Source: Tubiluchus corallicola (Eukaryota; Animalia; Priapulida). Taken from it: DNA of 64,000 nucleotides. Position 1 is the stretch's first letter; the number at the start of each line of letters is the position of its first letter. The position numbers and the translations under genes were made by a program. Location: positions 62,001 to 126,000 of the forward strand of contig JAQGDQ010000499.1 of the NCBI GenBank assembly GCA_030141605.1, given 5' to 3'. The notes beneath the pieces are model-generated. The model did not search any database. It worked only from the letters and a program-made list of their open reading frames with translations, and was not told where the DNA came from. Shown in pieces: positions 25,690-39,700 of the stretch.

Positions 25690-26100
25690 ATTACGTTTAA
25701 ATCCAGTAGATGGCTCTTCCTGATGAAGAACTGGGCTTGGCAACAGAAAAAACGCCCGGAAAATTGCTACTACACTGAGCTACTATCGGAGTTTGCAATT
25801 ACCAAGTTTTTTCACAATTGCCATACCAATTTTCAGGCAGAGAAATGGGTAAGGGTTACAAAATTAAAATTTTAGTCTTTTTTGAATATTTTTCTGAAGC
25901 TTTGATCTTTGATGCTAGACTGTAAGTCTGGTATGTTTAGCATTCATTTTTGAGAAAAACAAAAAATTGACATTTGACCAAATTTTTGGGTCATTCTACT
26001 TTGAAGCATCACAACATAGTTTAAACAAAGCTGAACTTATGGACGGTTTTGGTTTGCAAGCAAACAAATATGCTTTTAAACATTCAAGTACACGAGCTTG
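25690..26100. mobile_element. Interspersed repeat (copies at ~49430-49795 and, inverted, ~52975-53220)
   Basis: Shared GTTTAAATCCAGTAGATGGCTCTT..CTGGGCTTGGCAACAGAAAAAAC and ACTTTGAAGCATCA..ACTTATGGACGG blocks. Confidence 0.7.
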
Positions 26101-26497
26101 GAAACGATTTAAGAAAGTGATATCAGACAAAAACAAAATTCTGTTAACTTTAACACTTTCGCAAATTTAATGGTAAATATGACTTTGGCACTTCACACTT
26201 TTTTTGTATTTTCTTTTTTTCTTAGGTGTAGTCAAACTTCCGTACCAACATTAGTAGTGTGATTCACTCTGACCTAATATAGCCAATTTATCTTGTGCAC
26301 TATAATTAAATAAGAATATAATTATGCTTTATATAATGTTAGTTTAGTAAAGTGTTAGATTCAATGTAATTTTGTGTCCACTTGAAGATACGTATATGTT
26401 ATGTGCATCAATAATCATTTTCTTCAATGCATTTTAATGCTTCTTTAATTTGCTTTAATGTATGTGATTCTTCACACTTTTGATGACATGTGTATTA

Positions 26498-26967
26498 CAG
26501 TCAACCTCGGATACAAGGGACACCTCGGGACCAGAAAAAACCGTGCTTTATATCCGATGTCCTTTATAGTCGTTGAGTCAGACCGAGGGTGTATCTAGAC
26601 CTGTACTTTTACCTATATTTTTATGGATCATTGCTACACATTCAGTGCAAACGGTATGTAGGAAGCTCCTTCAGTGATGCGAGATGTATGTGACCGCGGA
26701 AAGCGAGCTGTTCGAAGGCCGAGTTTGCGAAAAATTGAGGTCAAAAATCGATCAATTTCGCTTTTATCATAGGGTCCCTTATATACGAGGTAATTTACCT
26801 GGGTTTCTATTATGCGGGACATGAAGACATCGTCCCTTATAACCGAAAGTCCCTTATATCCGAGTACCTTATATACGAAGATTTTTACGTAGGAAAAACG
26901 TTATGAAAAACCGGAACCGGTGTTGGTGGTCCCTTATAAGCGAGTACCTTATACCCAAGGTTGACTG
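26498..26967. mobile_element. pogo/Tigger-type MITE
   Basis: TA|CAGTCAACCTCGGATA...TATACCCAAGGTTGACTG|TA; inverted sibling at 38383-38872. Confidence 0.85.
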
Positions 26968-27873
26968 TATGTACATATACAATTTATTTTTTCAGTGCAT
27001 TTTATTGTTCGTCTTAGGGTATTTAATGTATGCAATTTTAATGCCTACTTGATGATCGTGTATGTTTGTGTATGTCCTATTGTCATTGTCAACATCGTAT
27101 TGGTAATTAGTGTGCTTGTGTCATGCACTACATTGCACTAGTAATTTAGTTCTAGCACTTGACGCATTTGCCAGTTAACAGTGTAAATCTTGAGTTAGGT
27201 TCCCTGAATGATTTTAATGCATTGTATAGTGTTTATAATCATTATTTTTTATGATAAAAAGACAGATATCATACATATTTATATAAATGACAATAGATAA
27301 ATAATTAATAAAATTATCGAAATAAGAGTTCATATCTATGCAACATTTGGAGCACTACTAATTACGGTGACATGTGCAAAGGTGCAATTTCAGTGCAAAA
27401 AATATTTTTCGAATTAACATAATTAAAGCTACCAAATTTCACAATTAAAAAAGATTCTGTGATCGTGTGAATATGTACACAGATTCAAAGTAATGATAAC
27501 AATGCAATTTTTTCTGGTTTTAAAGCTGAAATTGCATACCATGCGACTGATTGTACAACTTCAAACTTTTTTTTCATTTTCTTTTTTTCTGTCGTGGCCT
27601 GAGAGCCATGGGGGCATTATCATGAACAGAGAAACACAGTACTTAAGAAAGCAAACATGTACGTATGCCGTACGTACACTCAAATAACACAGCCCCCTTT
27701 AAAACCTTGCTTAATGCCCAAATATTTAGCAAAACAAAACTTGTGTAGACGCGTATCTATCACCTGGCTATAATGCCAACTTTTTTTACAGTCCCACAGC
27801 GGGTGGCAAAAAGAGCTTTGACTGTATACCTACAACCATGATGCATTCAGATATGAGTACACCAAAAATATAT

Positions 27874-28284
27874 GGATGTCCACACTGTATCTCGACACTA
27901 GGCGGAGGAGCTGCACAAGCAGCCAACGGCTAGAGGGCGGAGGAGATCAAGTAATCCAACGGCCATGTGTAGAGGAGTAAACCTTCCAAATCAGGAGTGG
28001 AGCCCCGAAGGCGGACCAGTGCAGCATGCTCACTGACTCCGGCAGCCAACCTGGTGCCAAACGTATCGCTCCGCTTTCCTTTGGACTACACCAGGGAGGA
28101 AGAGAGGGGGTTCCTGTTGTCTGGGCAACTCTGGATCTCCATACACCTTGCCCAGGTGTGCACGCTGGAGACGTTCAAGGATCGCACTGCTCAGCCACAG
28201 TCTATGCTGCAGCTCCATCAATGTGATCAATAGCTGACTCTCTTGGCGCACACTCCATTGTCTTCCGAGACAGAAGGATGCCAA
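27874..28284 (+). mobile_element. Non-autonomous RTE-derived retroelement body without a 5S head
   Basis: Collinear with the reverse complement of 37592-38022; ends CCATTGTCTTCCGAGACAGAAGGATGCCAA. Confidence 0.75.
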
Positions 28285-28947
28285 ATATACCAAAAAAAAA
28301 CTCATGTACACACCCACACATGCAAACAAGACTTGTACAGTTTGGTGCAAGATCTTATGTATATTTGCACAATGATTCCTGTGCTTGGCAACAATTTACT
28401 TTGTCACAAATTTGTGTGCCCGCTGTGTATAATGGATGTAAAAACCTCGGATGACATGATAAAAACCAAGACGACGATGAGACTCGAGACCAACGACGAT
28501 ACGCGCAAGCAAAAACAAAATGGTGGAAAGAACGCGCAATTACTGAATTTCGGAAACCAAATCTGGTCGAAAAAGCAAGTGCGAAAAATCGATGCGTGTG
28601 GAATTGAACCAGGGCCACGGTGGAGCTACATCTGAAGCAAAATGCGACAAGTTCTGCTGTTAGCAATTGTAATACTGTGTTACAATCAACCTAAACAAAT
28701 CTCACTTTTTCGTCTTTCGTAAAACGTACAAAATTGTTGAATTAACATTTTAACACGACACATGCTAATATGACTAAGAATTGAATCCCAATTCATGTCG
28801 TAAACAAACAAAGAGAAAGCTTTTCTACTATTACATAACAAGTGATAACATTATACAAGTCCTTTCCCAACAAAAAAGTCTACTTTAGCACCATTAAGAA
28901 CAATTAAAATATTGAAATATTTACAAGGTAGGTAAGTAGATCATTGA

Positions 28948-29702
28948 TAGGGTCACCATACCTCTGGGTTTCCCTGGACACGTCCTCTTTTTGGGCCTCT
29001 GTCCGGGCGGGTTTTCAAAAAATCGGCAGTTTATCCGTGTTTTGCCTCAATCCGTAAGTATGTACGGACGTTACCAACTGCAGAGGCGTACGACAGTACG
29101 AGACAAAGAAAAGCTCGTTAATGTTCAATAGAAGATGTTGCTAACATCTCAAAATGTAACTCTTGTAAAAGCTTTGTGTACATATTTACTGAACAAAAGT
29201 AAGCGATGCGTACATCACTATGGGTCACACGACTCACACAGCTGTCGATACTCTGTGTATTCGCTAACGACTTAAAATGACATCAGCTTCAATAAAGAAA
29301 CAAGTTGCACGTTGAATCCATGAAAGGAATTCTCTTTGTTCAGCATAATTTCACACATCTGTCATGCAAAGACTTTTATGGATATCTGTCCAGTCGACCG
29401 AAATTGCTGAAAGCAATTCGGTCTTCGGAAAAGTATTCTTGGTTTCAGCCTCGGGCTCAGTCAAGTTCAAGCGTAACTGTTTCTGAGAGCCAAGAAGAAG
29501 CAGGCGACTGACAGTTGCAGTGTGTTAATGTGTTTTGCAGTTTAGCCATTTGGTATTGCTATTAGAATACATGTAGGCCTATTTGTACAATTTGCATTTT
29601 ATTTTGCATTGTTTTAATACACCTTAGACTGGTCATTTTTGCCTACTTACAAGTGTGTGAAAAAGTGTCACCTTTTTCAACTCAGACAATATGGTAACCC
29701 TA
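28948..29702 (+). mobile_element. Internally deleted hAT transposon retaining the transposase C-terminus
   Basis: TIRs TAGGGTCACCATA...TATGGTAACCCTA and a perfect 8-bp TSD ATCATTGA. The remnant LHVESMKGILFVQHNF..CKDFY..LLKAIRSSEKY (29305-29440) resembles the end of the hAT dimerisation region. Confidence 0.88.
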
Positions 29703-30562
29703 ATCATTGATAAATTAAAATGAGATTACATACAGACGGGTCAACTCACCAAACCTTCACGTACCCCTATACAGGTTTTTTAAACAAGTGACTGCAAACC
29801 TAGAATTGTCATCAGTACAATGTTCCCATACTAATCTACATAAACAGAAACAAGTACAATAAAATACTTTACTGAATCGTGAGCAACATGCAATGACTGC
29901 TTAATGACGTTTAAAAATTTGAGCTCTTAAACTGACATCTTAACGCTTTGCAATGGTATGAAGACTAAAGTTGCATTTACGTAGCATCCGGAATGCGTAT
30001 GCGTTATGTGCATGCGAAATAGATGAAATCAATCCCCAATTAAATTCACAGCCCCCAATAACTGGAATAAAATAAGTGCCCAAGTAAAAATACACAAAAC
30101 TATTTATAGTTTCAAAAAGTACTTGAAAAGGACCAATTTTGATTCATACTTATAATACAATTTTCATGTTTCCATGTCTCATGCAGTCGCCATATATGGC
30201 CTCCAATCAATTATATTGCTATTTTAATATAAGCTCTATGTAAATTAAACATACACTGTGGTCGTTTCTTCTCCTCTTTTCCTTCTTCCTATCCCTAATC
30301 TTACTATTTTTTTCCATTCCATCAATGGATATGCATTCCGGATGTCAGGTAAACGCCACATAAGGAGGTATTCTATGCCAGCAAACAATGAATAATGGAC
30401 ATAAACTTTCGAAAAAATTCAATTCACGCTAAAAGTTGAAAAAATGAAGTGCATATATTACGTTATTTGCATATATATATGCGTGTGTGTGTGTATGCAT
30501 ACATACATATTTATATTTCATATGTACGTACGTATATATGCCAGCAAAATCTATCGCTGCAA

Positions 30563-30876
30563 TCCGGAAAACGGAGTTCAAGTTACGTGTCACAAAATGT
30601 TCTAATAAACAGAAGTGAATTTCTGAAATTTGTAAATTGTTGAGCAAAATCTGGTTTTGAGTAGCGACGAGATCCACAAAGAAATTGACTCAAAGACTGA
30701 CGTCAGAAATCCACCGCAAGTTTTGCCGAAAGGCGAAACCGCAGTTTCATGTTAAGAAACGGGAACATCTTGAAACAGATTACGGGCAGTCAGCCATAGC
30801 AAATTTCACAAGACCAATAACTAAACGAGAACTGCAGGTCAATCCTACACTGTCTGACGCTCCTTTACATTAAAAT
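30563..30876. repeat. ~315 bp interspersed repeat, inverted copy at ~36925-37238
   Basis: Mirrored ORFs 30685+ and 37134- with nearly identical translations. Confidence 0.85.
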
Positions 30877-30877
30877 A

Positions 30878-31313
30878 CAGTGTTCCCTCACTTATCGCGG
30901 GTGTTCCGTACCAGGCCCACCTGTGATAAGTGAATTTCCGTGCAGTAGGGACGCTATACTTATTTGCGGGTGCAAGTACTACATTTCGTTTTTGGTGTGT
31001 ATTCATCCACCGAATAAATACACTATTTACTGTAAATGGTAATTTTTTATGATTTATAATATTCCTTTAATGTTAGAATTAATATTTTTAATATATTTTT
31101 ATACATTTTGTGATTTTTTATGCAAAATTTATCAAATCTATACATTACTGTACAATACGTACTATGCATGTGCAAAAATACTTTAAACTGAGTACCGCAA
31201 AAACCTGCGAAACAGCGAAAATACAGCGATAAATATTTTACATTAATATTTTTGAAAACCCGCAAAACAATGAGTCCGCGATTAACGAACCGCGAAGTAG
31301 CAAGGGAACACTG
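30878..31313. mobile_element. pogo/Tigger-type MITE, family CAGTGTTCCCT
   Basis: TA|CAGTGTTCCCT...AGGGAACACTG|TA. Confidence 0.85.
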
Positions 31314-33296
31314 TACAAAATCCCGAAGAACTTGCGCACGAACGACTTTATGAAAGTAAAAAAGTCTACCACCTAAGATGAAGGCCATGCGTAGTAGAAA
31401 CGATGCTAGCAGGTAGTGCAGCTGCCGTAAAAGTTACATAACTTCAGAAGAGTAAAAGGCCACGATACGTAGATCTTGGAAGCTCGTCGGACCACGATGC
31501 ATCCGAAGGCCATGCAAGGACACCCACTAACCCCGCTAACCAGAAAGAAATCATCTAAGCCAGTGGTGGCATGTCCGTGTACTTAATACATTTTGCCAAG
31601 ATTCTATCATCGATCAGTACGTCCACAAACTCAAATTTCAACATGGAATTTTCTGGAATTCTAATTGCACGTCCTCTTGACAGAAGTGGTCGTTTTTTTC
31701 GATGCATCATGTATCTATGTATGTTTTTGAACAGTTTTGTCGAATGAAGCAATGTGTTCACGCCTTAGCAGATGACAAGCTAGTATGGAGACTGCTAGTA
31801 CTACTGACAAAGAAGAATCCTGACTTAGATCTTGGAAGCTCGTCGGACCACGATGCATCCAAAGGCCATGCAAGGACACCCACTACCCCGCTAACCAGAA
31901 AGAAATCATCTAAGGCACGGGTTCCCAATCTTTTGCTGACGGCGACCCTTTCCAGAACCCTGCATCATCAGCGATCCCACGAAGAACATAATCACGCGTT
32001 ATACTACTACACATCATTATCGTTCTCATTTATTAATTTTAACTTACTAGTCAACAAACAATGAGTGATTGTTCATTAATTCAGTAATGTGAAGGTTTTA
32101 CCTGTTTCTCAGCGACCAGTAATGCAACAGTAATAGGTATGTAAGGTAAAATGAATAGAGACTCGCTTTCGGGCGGCGTGCACTGTACAGAACAACACCC
32201 ATTTTCATTTTCCCGGAAAATCAAGCACAGATATACCGTATTTAGAATACAAAAATCCAGTTTTGAGAATCTGAGGAGAAAATGCAATTATAATGTATAT
32301 TTTGTTTTAAATTTTTGGCACAGTAGTTTTTAGTTTGAACTGGACTTGCCTTTAACAGTTGTGTGAATTTTATTCTCATGCTGCGATGTTCTTTTATGCT
32401 TTTATAGTTATGAATATCGATTTTTTTATCGCAAATAAAGATTTATATATATATATATATAAAACTCTATAATGAGAGACTGAGGAAACAAGACCTACTT
32501 ACATACTTTTCATGAAAACAGCTTTTTTAGAAACAGTTTTTGGACTAGCCGGCAACCTCACTGTTGGGAACCCTCATGCTAACATTTGAAAGTGTGTACG
32601 GAGAAGTAAAGGCTGACAACAATGCACAGACAGACTTTACCAACCAAAGCCTTTACCATTTAAAAATATGGCAAGGAAGCCTTTATAATGTAGCAATTAT
32701 ACGAAATAAGACAAATTTAGCAGAAATATTTACATACTGTGCAATGACAATTACCCTTTGTGCAACGCTGAAACGCTGAACACCAGGGCTGAGCATTCTG
32801 TACCAGAATCGAATTGAATTTTTTACTTTGGAACTCGAATCAAACTGAATTTCAATGCTTACGAATCGGGATCGAATTCACTTTCAAATCATTTATTTCA
32901 AATGCAGGCTCGCAAAGATAATGCATGTTGCTTGATGTTGTTCTGCAGTAAAAACACTAACGATTTGTCTTAAAAACGGGAAAATGCTCACGCAAAGGCG
33001 TCTAAATTGTGCTGATTACATGACGTTTCAAACGTTTTAACGATAAAGAACTTATGTAGTTAGAGTGCTGAATTATTCGAATCCACAATTTTAGGTTTTC
33101 GAAACGAATACGAACTAAAAAAACTGGTTCGAATCGAATATGTATGTTCGACGGTCGACCGTACTCTCGTTATTGATCTCGCAATGTATCGGACAACAGA
33201 GAAGCGCCAAAACAATTTTATACATAATGGAGGTCAAAAAATTCTAAGTATCTTTTGTGCCATTACTGATTTTTGACATTTACTGATGGGTATCAA

Positions 33297-33400
33297 CAGG
33301 TGATGCAACAATGCAACAAGGTGATGCAACAATGCAATGAGGTGATGCAACAATGCAACGAGGTGATGCAACAATGCAACAAGGTGATGCAACAATGATG
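33297..33400. repeat. 21-bp tandem repeat, ~5 copies
   Basis: AGGTGATGCAACAATGCAAC(A/G) units. Confidence 0.9.
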
Positions 33401-33745
33401 GGAAATTAATATTTGCTATTATGCAGGTGAAAAATAATTAAGCAAATTGCTAGCTGACAAGTAGTAGTAGATAGCTGAAAGTGTATAATTCGTCATCTTT
33501 CTTTTGATACTGTGACGTAAATTCAAGAGAAAAGTTTTAAAGAATGAAACTAAACAAAAGAAATCACAAAGGAAAAAGTTTCAACAGTTTTACCTCAATT
33601 CCTCCCATTAGCAATTTACAAAAAATCGTACAAAAGTACCAATACTTTGCAAGCGATGTGAAAATTGTTTAAATGTGTTATTTACAGATGCCACAATTAT
33701 TATTTAGTGTACTAAATAACTTATACAAAAAACCTGTAACTTTCA

Positions 33746-36700
33746 TTAAAACTCGTCGTGACGAAGAAGAACCTCCCCGTAATCGGTCGCTTGGCTGCCG
33801 GCAAACAAATCGTGGTTGTTAAGAATCTCTTCCTTCGTTAGTCGACCATCCTGGAAAATGGAGAAAATTACAATTTTTTCAATTCAATTCAAAAGTTTAT
33901 TTATCTGCTATACTATACTCATAAGACAACTACGACAAATTATGCAAAGCGTGTAGAGATGGGGCGATGAAATACCATTACAAACAAATAACTTGGAGGA
34001 AGACCGGATGATTTTTTAGACTCAATCTCATTTTAATACATTGTCCAAATTATACATTTTCTTACCTATAAAAGTTAACAATTGTTTCTTATATTTGAAT
34101 AATTAGCTTAGAAAGTTAATTAACGGTAACCGAACACAGCTATTGCCTACGTCAGAAACTAATCACAGTTTTTGCAGTGGCAGGTGTCTTCCCTTGCCCG
34201 TCAAGCACGTTTGCGTAAGTCTTACTGCTTAAATGCGTGACGTCACGAAAATGGGCCCTACGTCATATGACGTCAGAAACTAACACTGCAATTTATGCTC
34301 GTGGTTGTCACGGTACCGCCTTCTATTCTAATCAGTTTTAGCCTCGCAGGTCCCAAATGCTAAAGAGAACACGAAGCATGAACATTCTTGGCAAAATGCC
34401 AGATGGAAGCACTTTGTAAATACATGAGTCCTGGTCCACCAGTCATAACTGTTAGTGTGATCGGGACACGTGGTGCCACCACTAATGGATTTTGGCAAAG
34501 CAAGAAACAATCATACGCTTTTAAACAATGTGGAATCCTGCAAACTGGGATATCACAATGGCAGGTGATACTCAAGTTCGATGGTCGTGCTGAGATCAGA
34601 ACCACGCTCACTATCAAAGCTGTGCCTCCAAGATGAGCCTGTGAACCAGGAGAAGTGGCTAACCTGCTTTCAAACAGGTACACATCTTTCCGCTTATAAA
34701 ATAAACAGCCTAAAACAACCAGAAACAGACAAAAACAGCCAGAAACAGACAAAAACAGCTAAAAACAGCCCAAAACAGCCAGAAACAGCCAAAAACAGCT
34801 TAATAAAACCTTCCAGAGTAGGAATCGAAGCAGTTCACCTGACTATGTGCTAGGGCGGACTAATTGTAGCCTCCACTTCCCGGGCTGCGACTCCCAGCCA
34901 CCCCTTTTCCACAATTTTTCTGCGCAAGCACACCGAACGACTTGATACAAAGACTAGCGAAGCGAGGCCTACTTGTTTTCAACAATGTGTGAGATCAGAG
35001 TAATTCAATAAGCTTGAAATGCAAGGAATGATAATTTTTATAATTATTAAACCGATGTTTAGCGTTTATAACGCACATACCTCATCTTCATCAGCCGAAC
35101 GAATAAGATGCTCTGCCTCCGCCTTAGGATGGTCATAATCACCGGGTAAAATCCAGTCCCTTATTTCGTCCAAGTCCAATTTGCCGTCGCCGTTCTTGTC
35201 TCTGTCCCTTCCGAACGCTTCTCTCTCTAGCCGCACCCATTCTGGCTCGATTGTGTCGTCAGTTGGATCAAACATGTCATCTGAAATGTAATAACTTTAG
35301 AATGACTTGTGCTAGTGCTAAAAAGTGCATTTTAATGTCTTTAAAATGAAATTATATCTAAACACTTTATCATCATTTTATATCACATTACAGAACACCC
35401 TATTGTATGTATAAAATTGAATACTAGACGTACTTATTATATAAACAAAATGTATTCGCAAATGATCTTATATTCGCTGGTATATATATATATATATATA
35501 TAAGATTCGAGGCTACAACTTCGACGACGGCACCATTTGCGGCGATCTATACATCAAACAAAAGGTCTCGATCTAGTGTCGGTGATCCATTGATGGTTTA
35601 TTCTTTGAATCAGGCCCATCGCGAGGAATGAGGGGCAAAAAACCTCCAAACATGTCAATTTTTCGGCCGTTTTTTGCAAAAAATGGCAAAACTTATACCT
35701 CTTATTTCTAGAAAAAGGGAATGTGCCGGGAGCGGTGTCAATAATGGTTAGATAGCCCGTTCGGCGATGGGTGTAGTAGGCGTATTTGGAATTCACGAGA
35801 GGGTCACGGCGTCCCATAACGGACGTTTCCCCGGACCCAACTCCCGATTTTTTCGAAATTTTGGCCAAACAGCCTATAGAAAAAACGTTCTAGCGGCATT
35901 CAGTGGGTGGGACTCTTGGAAGATGATATACGGCTCTTTAGAGAGAGGAAGAACAGGGCTACACGGATGTTCTATTTTTGGCAATTTTCGCTTAGAAAAC
36001 TGCTAACGCAAAGCCATTTTTGTGACGTCATACTCTGCTTATAAACTTATACCTTTAATTCAGTAAAAGCTGCTGCTGCTGCTGCTGCTGGCTTTGCGTT
36101 AGGTAAATAAACGAACACTAGGTAGGATGTTTGCGCATTGTGGATTATAAATGGATTTATCAGCAAAATTTTTTTGTGGGGCCTTTGCTATTAATTTAAT
36201 AATTTTCTTGTTATTAATAATAGTTTATTAATAATTAACCTTCAGAGTGAAAATTGAGGAGTCGAATCTGCGTACACTTGTCTGACTGTTGCATTTCGTC
36301 TATGGCAAAATGAACACAACTCGTTATAATGCCAACTATGACGAAGTTCTAAAGCTAATTGCTAGGACACTGATAAATCAAGTAGAATACAGGTGAGGTT
36401 CTTTTTTTATATCTCATAAATTTTATTTTCTGAATCAGTTGTGATACCATACATTGCTCTCTCTCTCTCTCTCAAGTCACATGCTTACAATGTGATCTGT
36501 AAAAACCAACAGCCCAGGTAAAATTTTCCATGAAGTAAAAGGAAGCCAGCAATTCCATGAAGGTAAATGTTATGCATACTAGTTCAAGGACTGTATACAG
36601 AGAAATGAAACCAGTTTTATAACTGAAATTTCTTGTATGGGATTTTAATTTAATATTTTAACAAAAGAATGTAATAATATGGCTATTGATAATAATTGCA

Positions 36701-39700
36701 AATTAATAATTAATAAAAATAAAATCAAGAAATCGTGAGCTTCACGACACAAACTTTTTTCCGGTACCAAAGTGCGCCTCATAAAGAGGCTTGACTGTAT
36801 TAAACTGAAATATCCATTCAACAGATTGCTCGCAATATGATCTTCTACATTTTCTACTATTCAAGTTATTCCTTACAAGTTAGAATAGACAAAACAAGTT
36901 GCGTAAAGTGGAACTTTACGTGTCATTTTAATGTAAAGGAGCGTCAGACAGTGTAAGATTGACCTGCAGTTCTCGTGTAGTTATTGGTCTTGTGAAATTT
37001 GCTATGGCTGCCTGGCCGTAATCTGTTTCAAGACATTCCCGTTTCTTAACATGAAACTGCAGTTTCGCCTTTCGGCAAAACTTGCGGTGGATTTTTGACG
37101 TCAATCTTTGAGTCAATTTCTTTGTGGATCTCATCGCTACTCAAAACCAGATTTTGCTCAACAATTTACAAATTTCAGAAATTCACTTCTGTTTATTAGA
37201 ACATTTTGTGACACGTAACTTGAACTGCGTTTTCCGGATAGCGGCGTAAAAAGAAACAAGTCCACAAAGCAAAACATACTTACTGATATATTCCTCCAGC
37301 GATACAAATCCGTCCTTATCTTTGTCAATGTCTTCCATAGTCTCCTGTAAAAAAAACACAAATACATGAACAAACAAACCAGTAATGACCCCTTAATTCT
37401 TTATTCATTTGAAAGCCCATACTGTACCACAAACAGAAGGCATTAATGATTAGTCAGAATACTTCAATTTCCTAACTCAAATCTGCACAGTGGTCTAACA
37501 GTGAAGAACACAGTTCCCTTGATGACAGTTGTAAACTCAAGCAGAATTTCTTGGAACAATCGTGTTTTAAATGTTCAAACAAATAAACTGGTTGGCATCC
37601 TTCTGTCTCGGAAGACAATGGAGTGTGCACCAAGAGAGTCAGCTATTGATCACATTGATGCAGTTGCAGCGTCGACTGTGGCTGAGCAGTCCGATCCTTG
37701 AACCACTAGAACGGCCTCTCCAAGGCGCACGCCTGGGCAAGGTGTATGGAGATCCTGAGTTGCCCAGACAACAGGAACCCCCTCTCTTCGTCCCTGGTGT
37801 AGTCCAAAGGAAAGCGGAGCGATACATTTGGCACCAGGTTGGCTGCAGGAGCTGCCGGAGTCAGTGAGCATGCTGCACTGGTCCGCCTTCGGGGCTCCAC
37901 TCCTGATTTGGCAGGTTTACTCCTCTACACATGACCGTTGGGTCACTTGACCTCCTCCGCCCTCTAGCCTTTGGCTGCTTGTGCAGCTCCTCCGCCTAGT
38001 GTCGAGATACAGTGTGGGCATCCCGCAAGCCTACAGCACCTGGTATTAATAGGCGGTCACCCATCCAAGTACTGGCCGTACTCTACGATGCTTAACTTCG
38101 GTGATCAGACGAGAACTGGTGTTTTCAACGTGATTTGGCCATAGTCTACGTTTTGCATATTCACCAGCTTTTTCATTATCCGTATTTCTTTTTATGCATT
38201 TTTTCGTTTTTTCTCTATTTGTCTGACGATGTCGAGTACTGAATGCATTTCTTTTTGAATTTTTCCTTCAATTTCTGTCATCAGCTGATCCAGTTTTTGA
38301 TTGCAGTCAAACCTCTTCGCACTGCCTGCTTTGCGACCGTAGAAAAAGTTGGCATCATGCCAGTAGGCATTATAACAAGATACAGTCAACCTCGGGTATA
38401 ACGTACTCACTTATAAGGGACCACCAACACCGGTCCCGATTTTTCGTAACATTTTTCATATGTAAAAATCTTCGTATATAAGGTACTCGGATATAAGCGA
38501 CTTTCGCTTATAAGGGACGATATCTTCAGGTCCCGCGTAGTAGAAACCCATGTGAATTACCTCACATATAAGGGACCCTATGATCAAAGCGAAATTGATT
38601 GATTTTTAGCCTCAATTTTTTGCAAACTCGGCCTTCGAACAGCTTGGTTTCCGCGGTCACATACATCTCGCATCACTGAAGGAGCTTCCTACATACCGTT
38701 TGCACTGAATGTGTAGTAATAATCCATAAAAATACGGGTAAAAGTAGAGAAAAGTACAAGTCCAGATACACGTAACACCCCCGGCCTGACTCAGCTTCGA
38801 CTATAAGGGACATTGGATACAAGGGACGTTTTTTTCCGGTCCCGAGGTGTCCCTTATATCCGAGGTTGACTGGACATTAATACATATACATGTCTAAGCA
38901 AGTGGATATTCCAAAAATACGGACGTTAACTGAGGCTGTTGCTATAAAGAGGGCATTATAACAAGGTCTCTGATTATAACTATAATTTTATTAACTATTT
39001 ATTATCGAACAGCTTCTTTGGATGAAATTCCTACAAATATGAGCAGATGAAAAAGAGGTAATTACCTGAGCGACCACCTCCCTCATGTGGTCAGCGTCCT
39101 CCGGGTGCATGAAATCTGTGAATTCTTTCTTGCTGAGCTGACCGTCCTTGTCCACGTCGGCAATGTCCCATCTCCTTCTGTCTCTGTCCACCATGTCCTT
39201 GTAGCTGAAGCCGTCGTCATCGACTTCATCCATTTCTGCAGAGAAATTTCAAGTTGAGAATTGGGAAGCCATTTTGTTTAATTAGTCTAGTACCAAGAAG
39301 TGAGGCATATATATTCACATATCCTGAATTTTGTAACGGATATATAGTTGTGTATTTCAATAATTTTTAATAACTATTATATGTGTACTTGCATAGAAAA
39401 ATCGTCCATAAGTTGACAATTAAGCTTTTCTAGTTATTCACGTATCCTGAATTTTCTAACGGTATATATAGTTGTGTATTTCAATAATTTTTAATAACTA
39501 TTATATGTGTACTTGCATAGAAAAATCGTCCATAAGTTGACAATTAAGCTTTTCTAGTTATTCACGTATCCTGAATTTTCTAACGGTATATATAGTTGTG
39601 TATTTCAATAATTTTTAATAACTATTATATGTGTACTTGCATAGAAAAATCGTCCATAAGTTGACAATTAAGCTTTTCTAGTTATTCACGTATCCTGAAT

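Noticed and set aside
38027-38146. Functional 5S rRNA gene
   Set aside because: Solitary, substitutions in conserved positions, no oligo-T terminator, and fused to a retroelement body.
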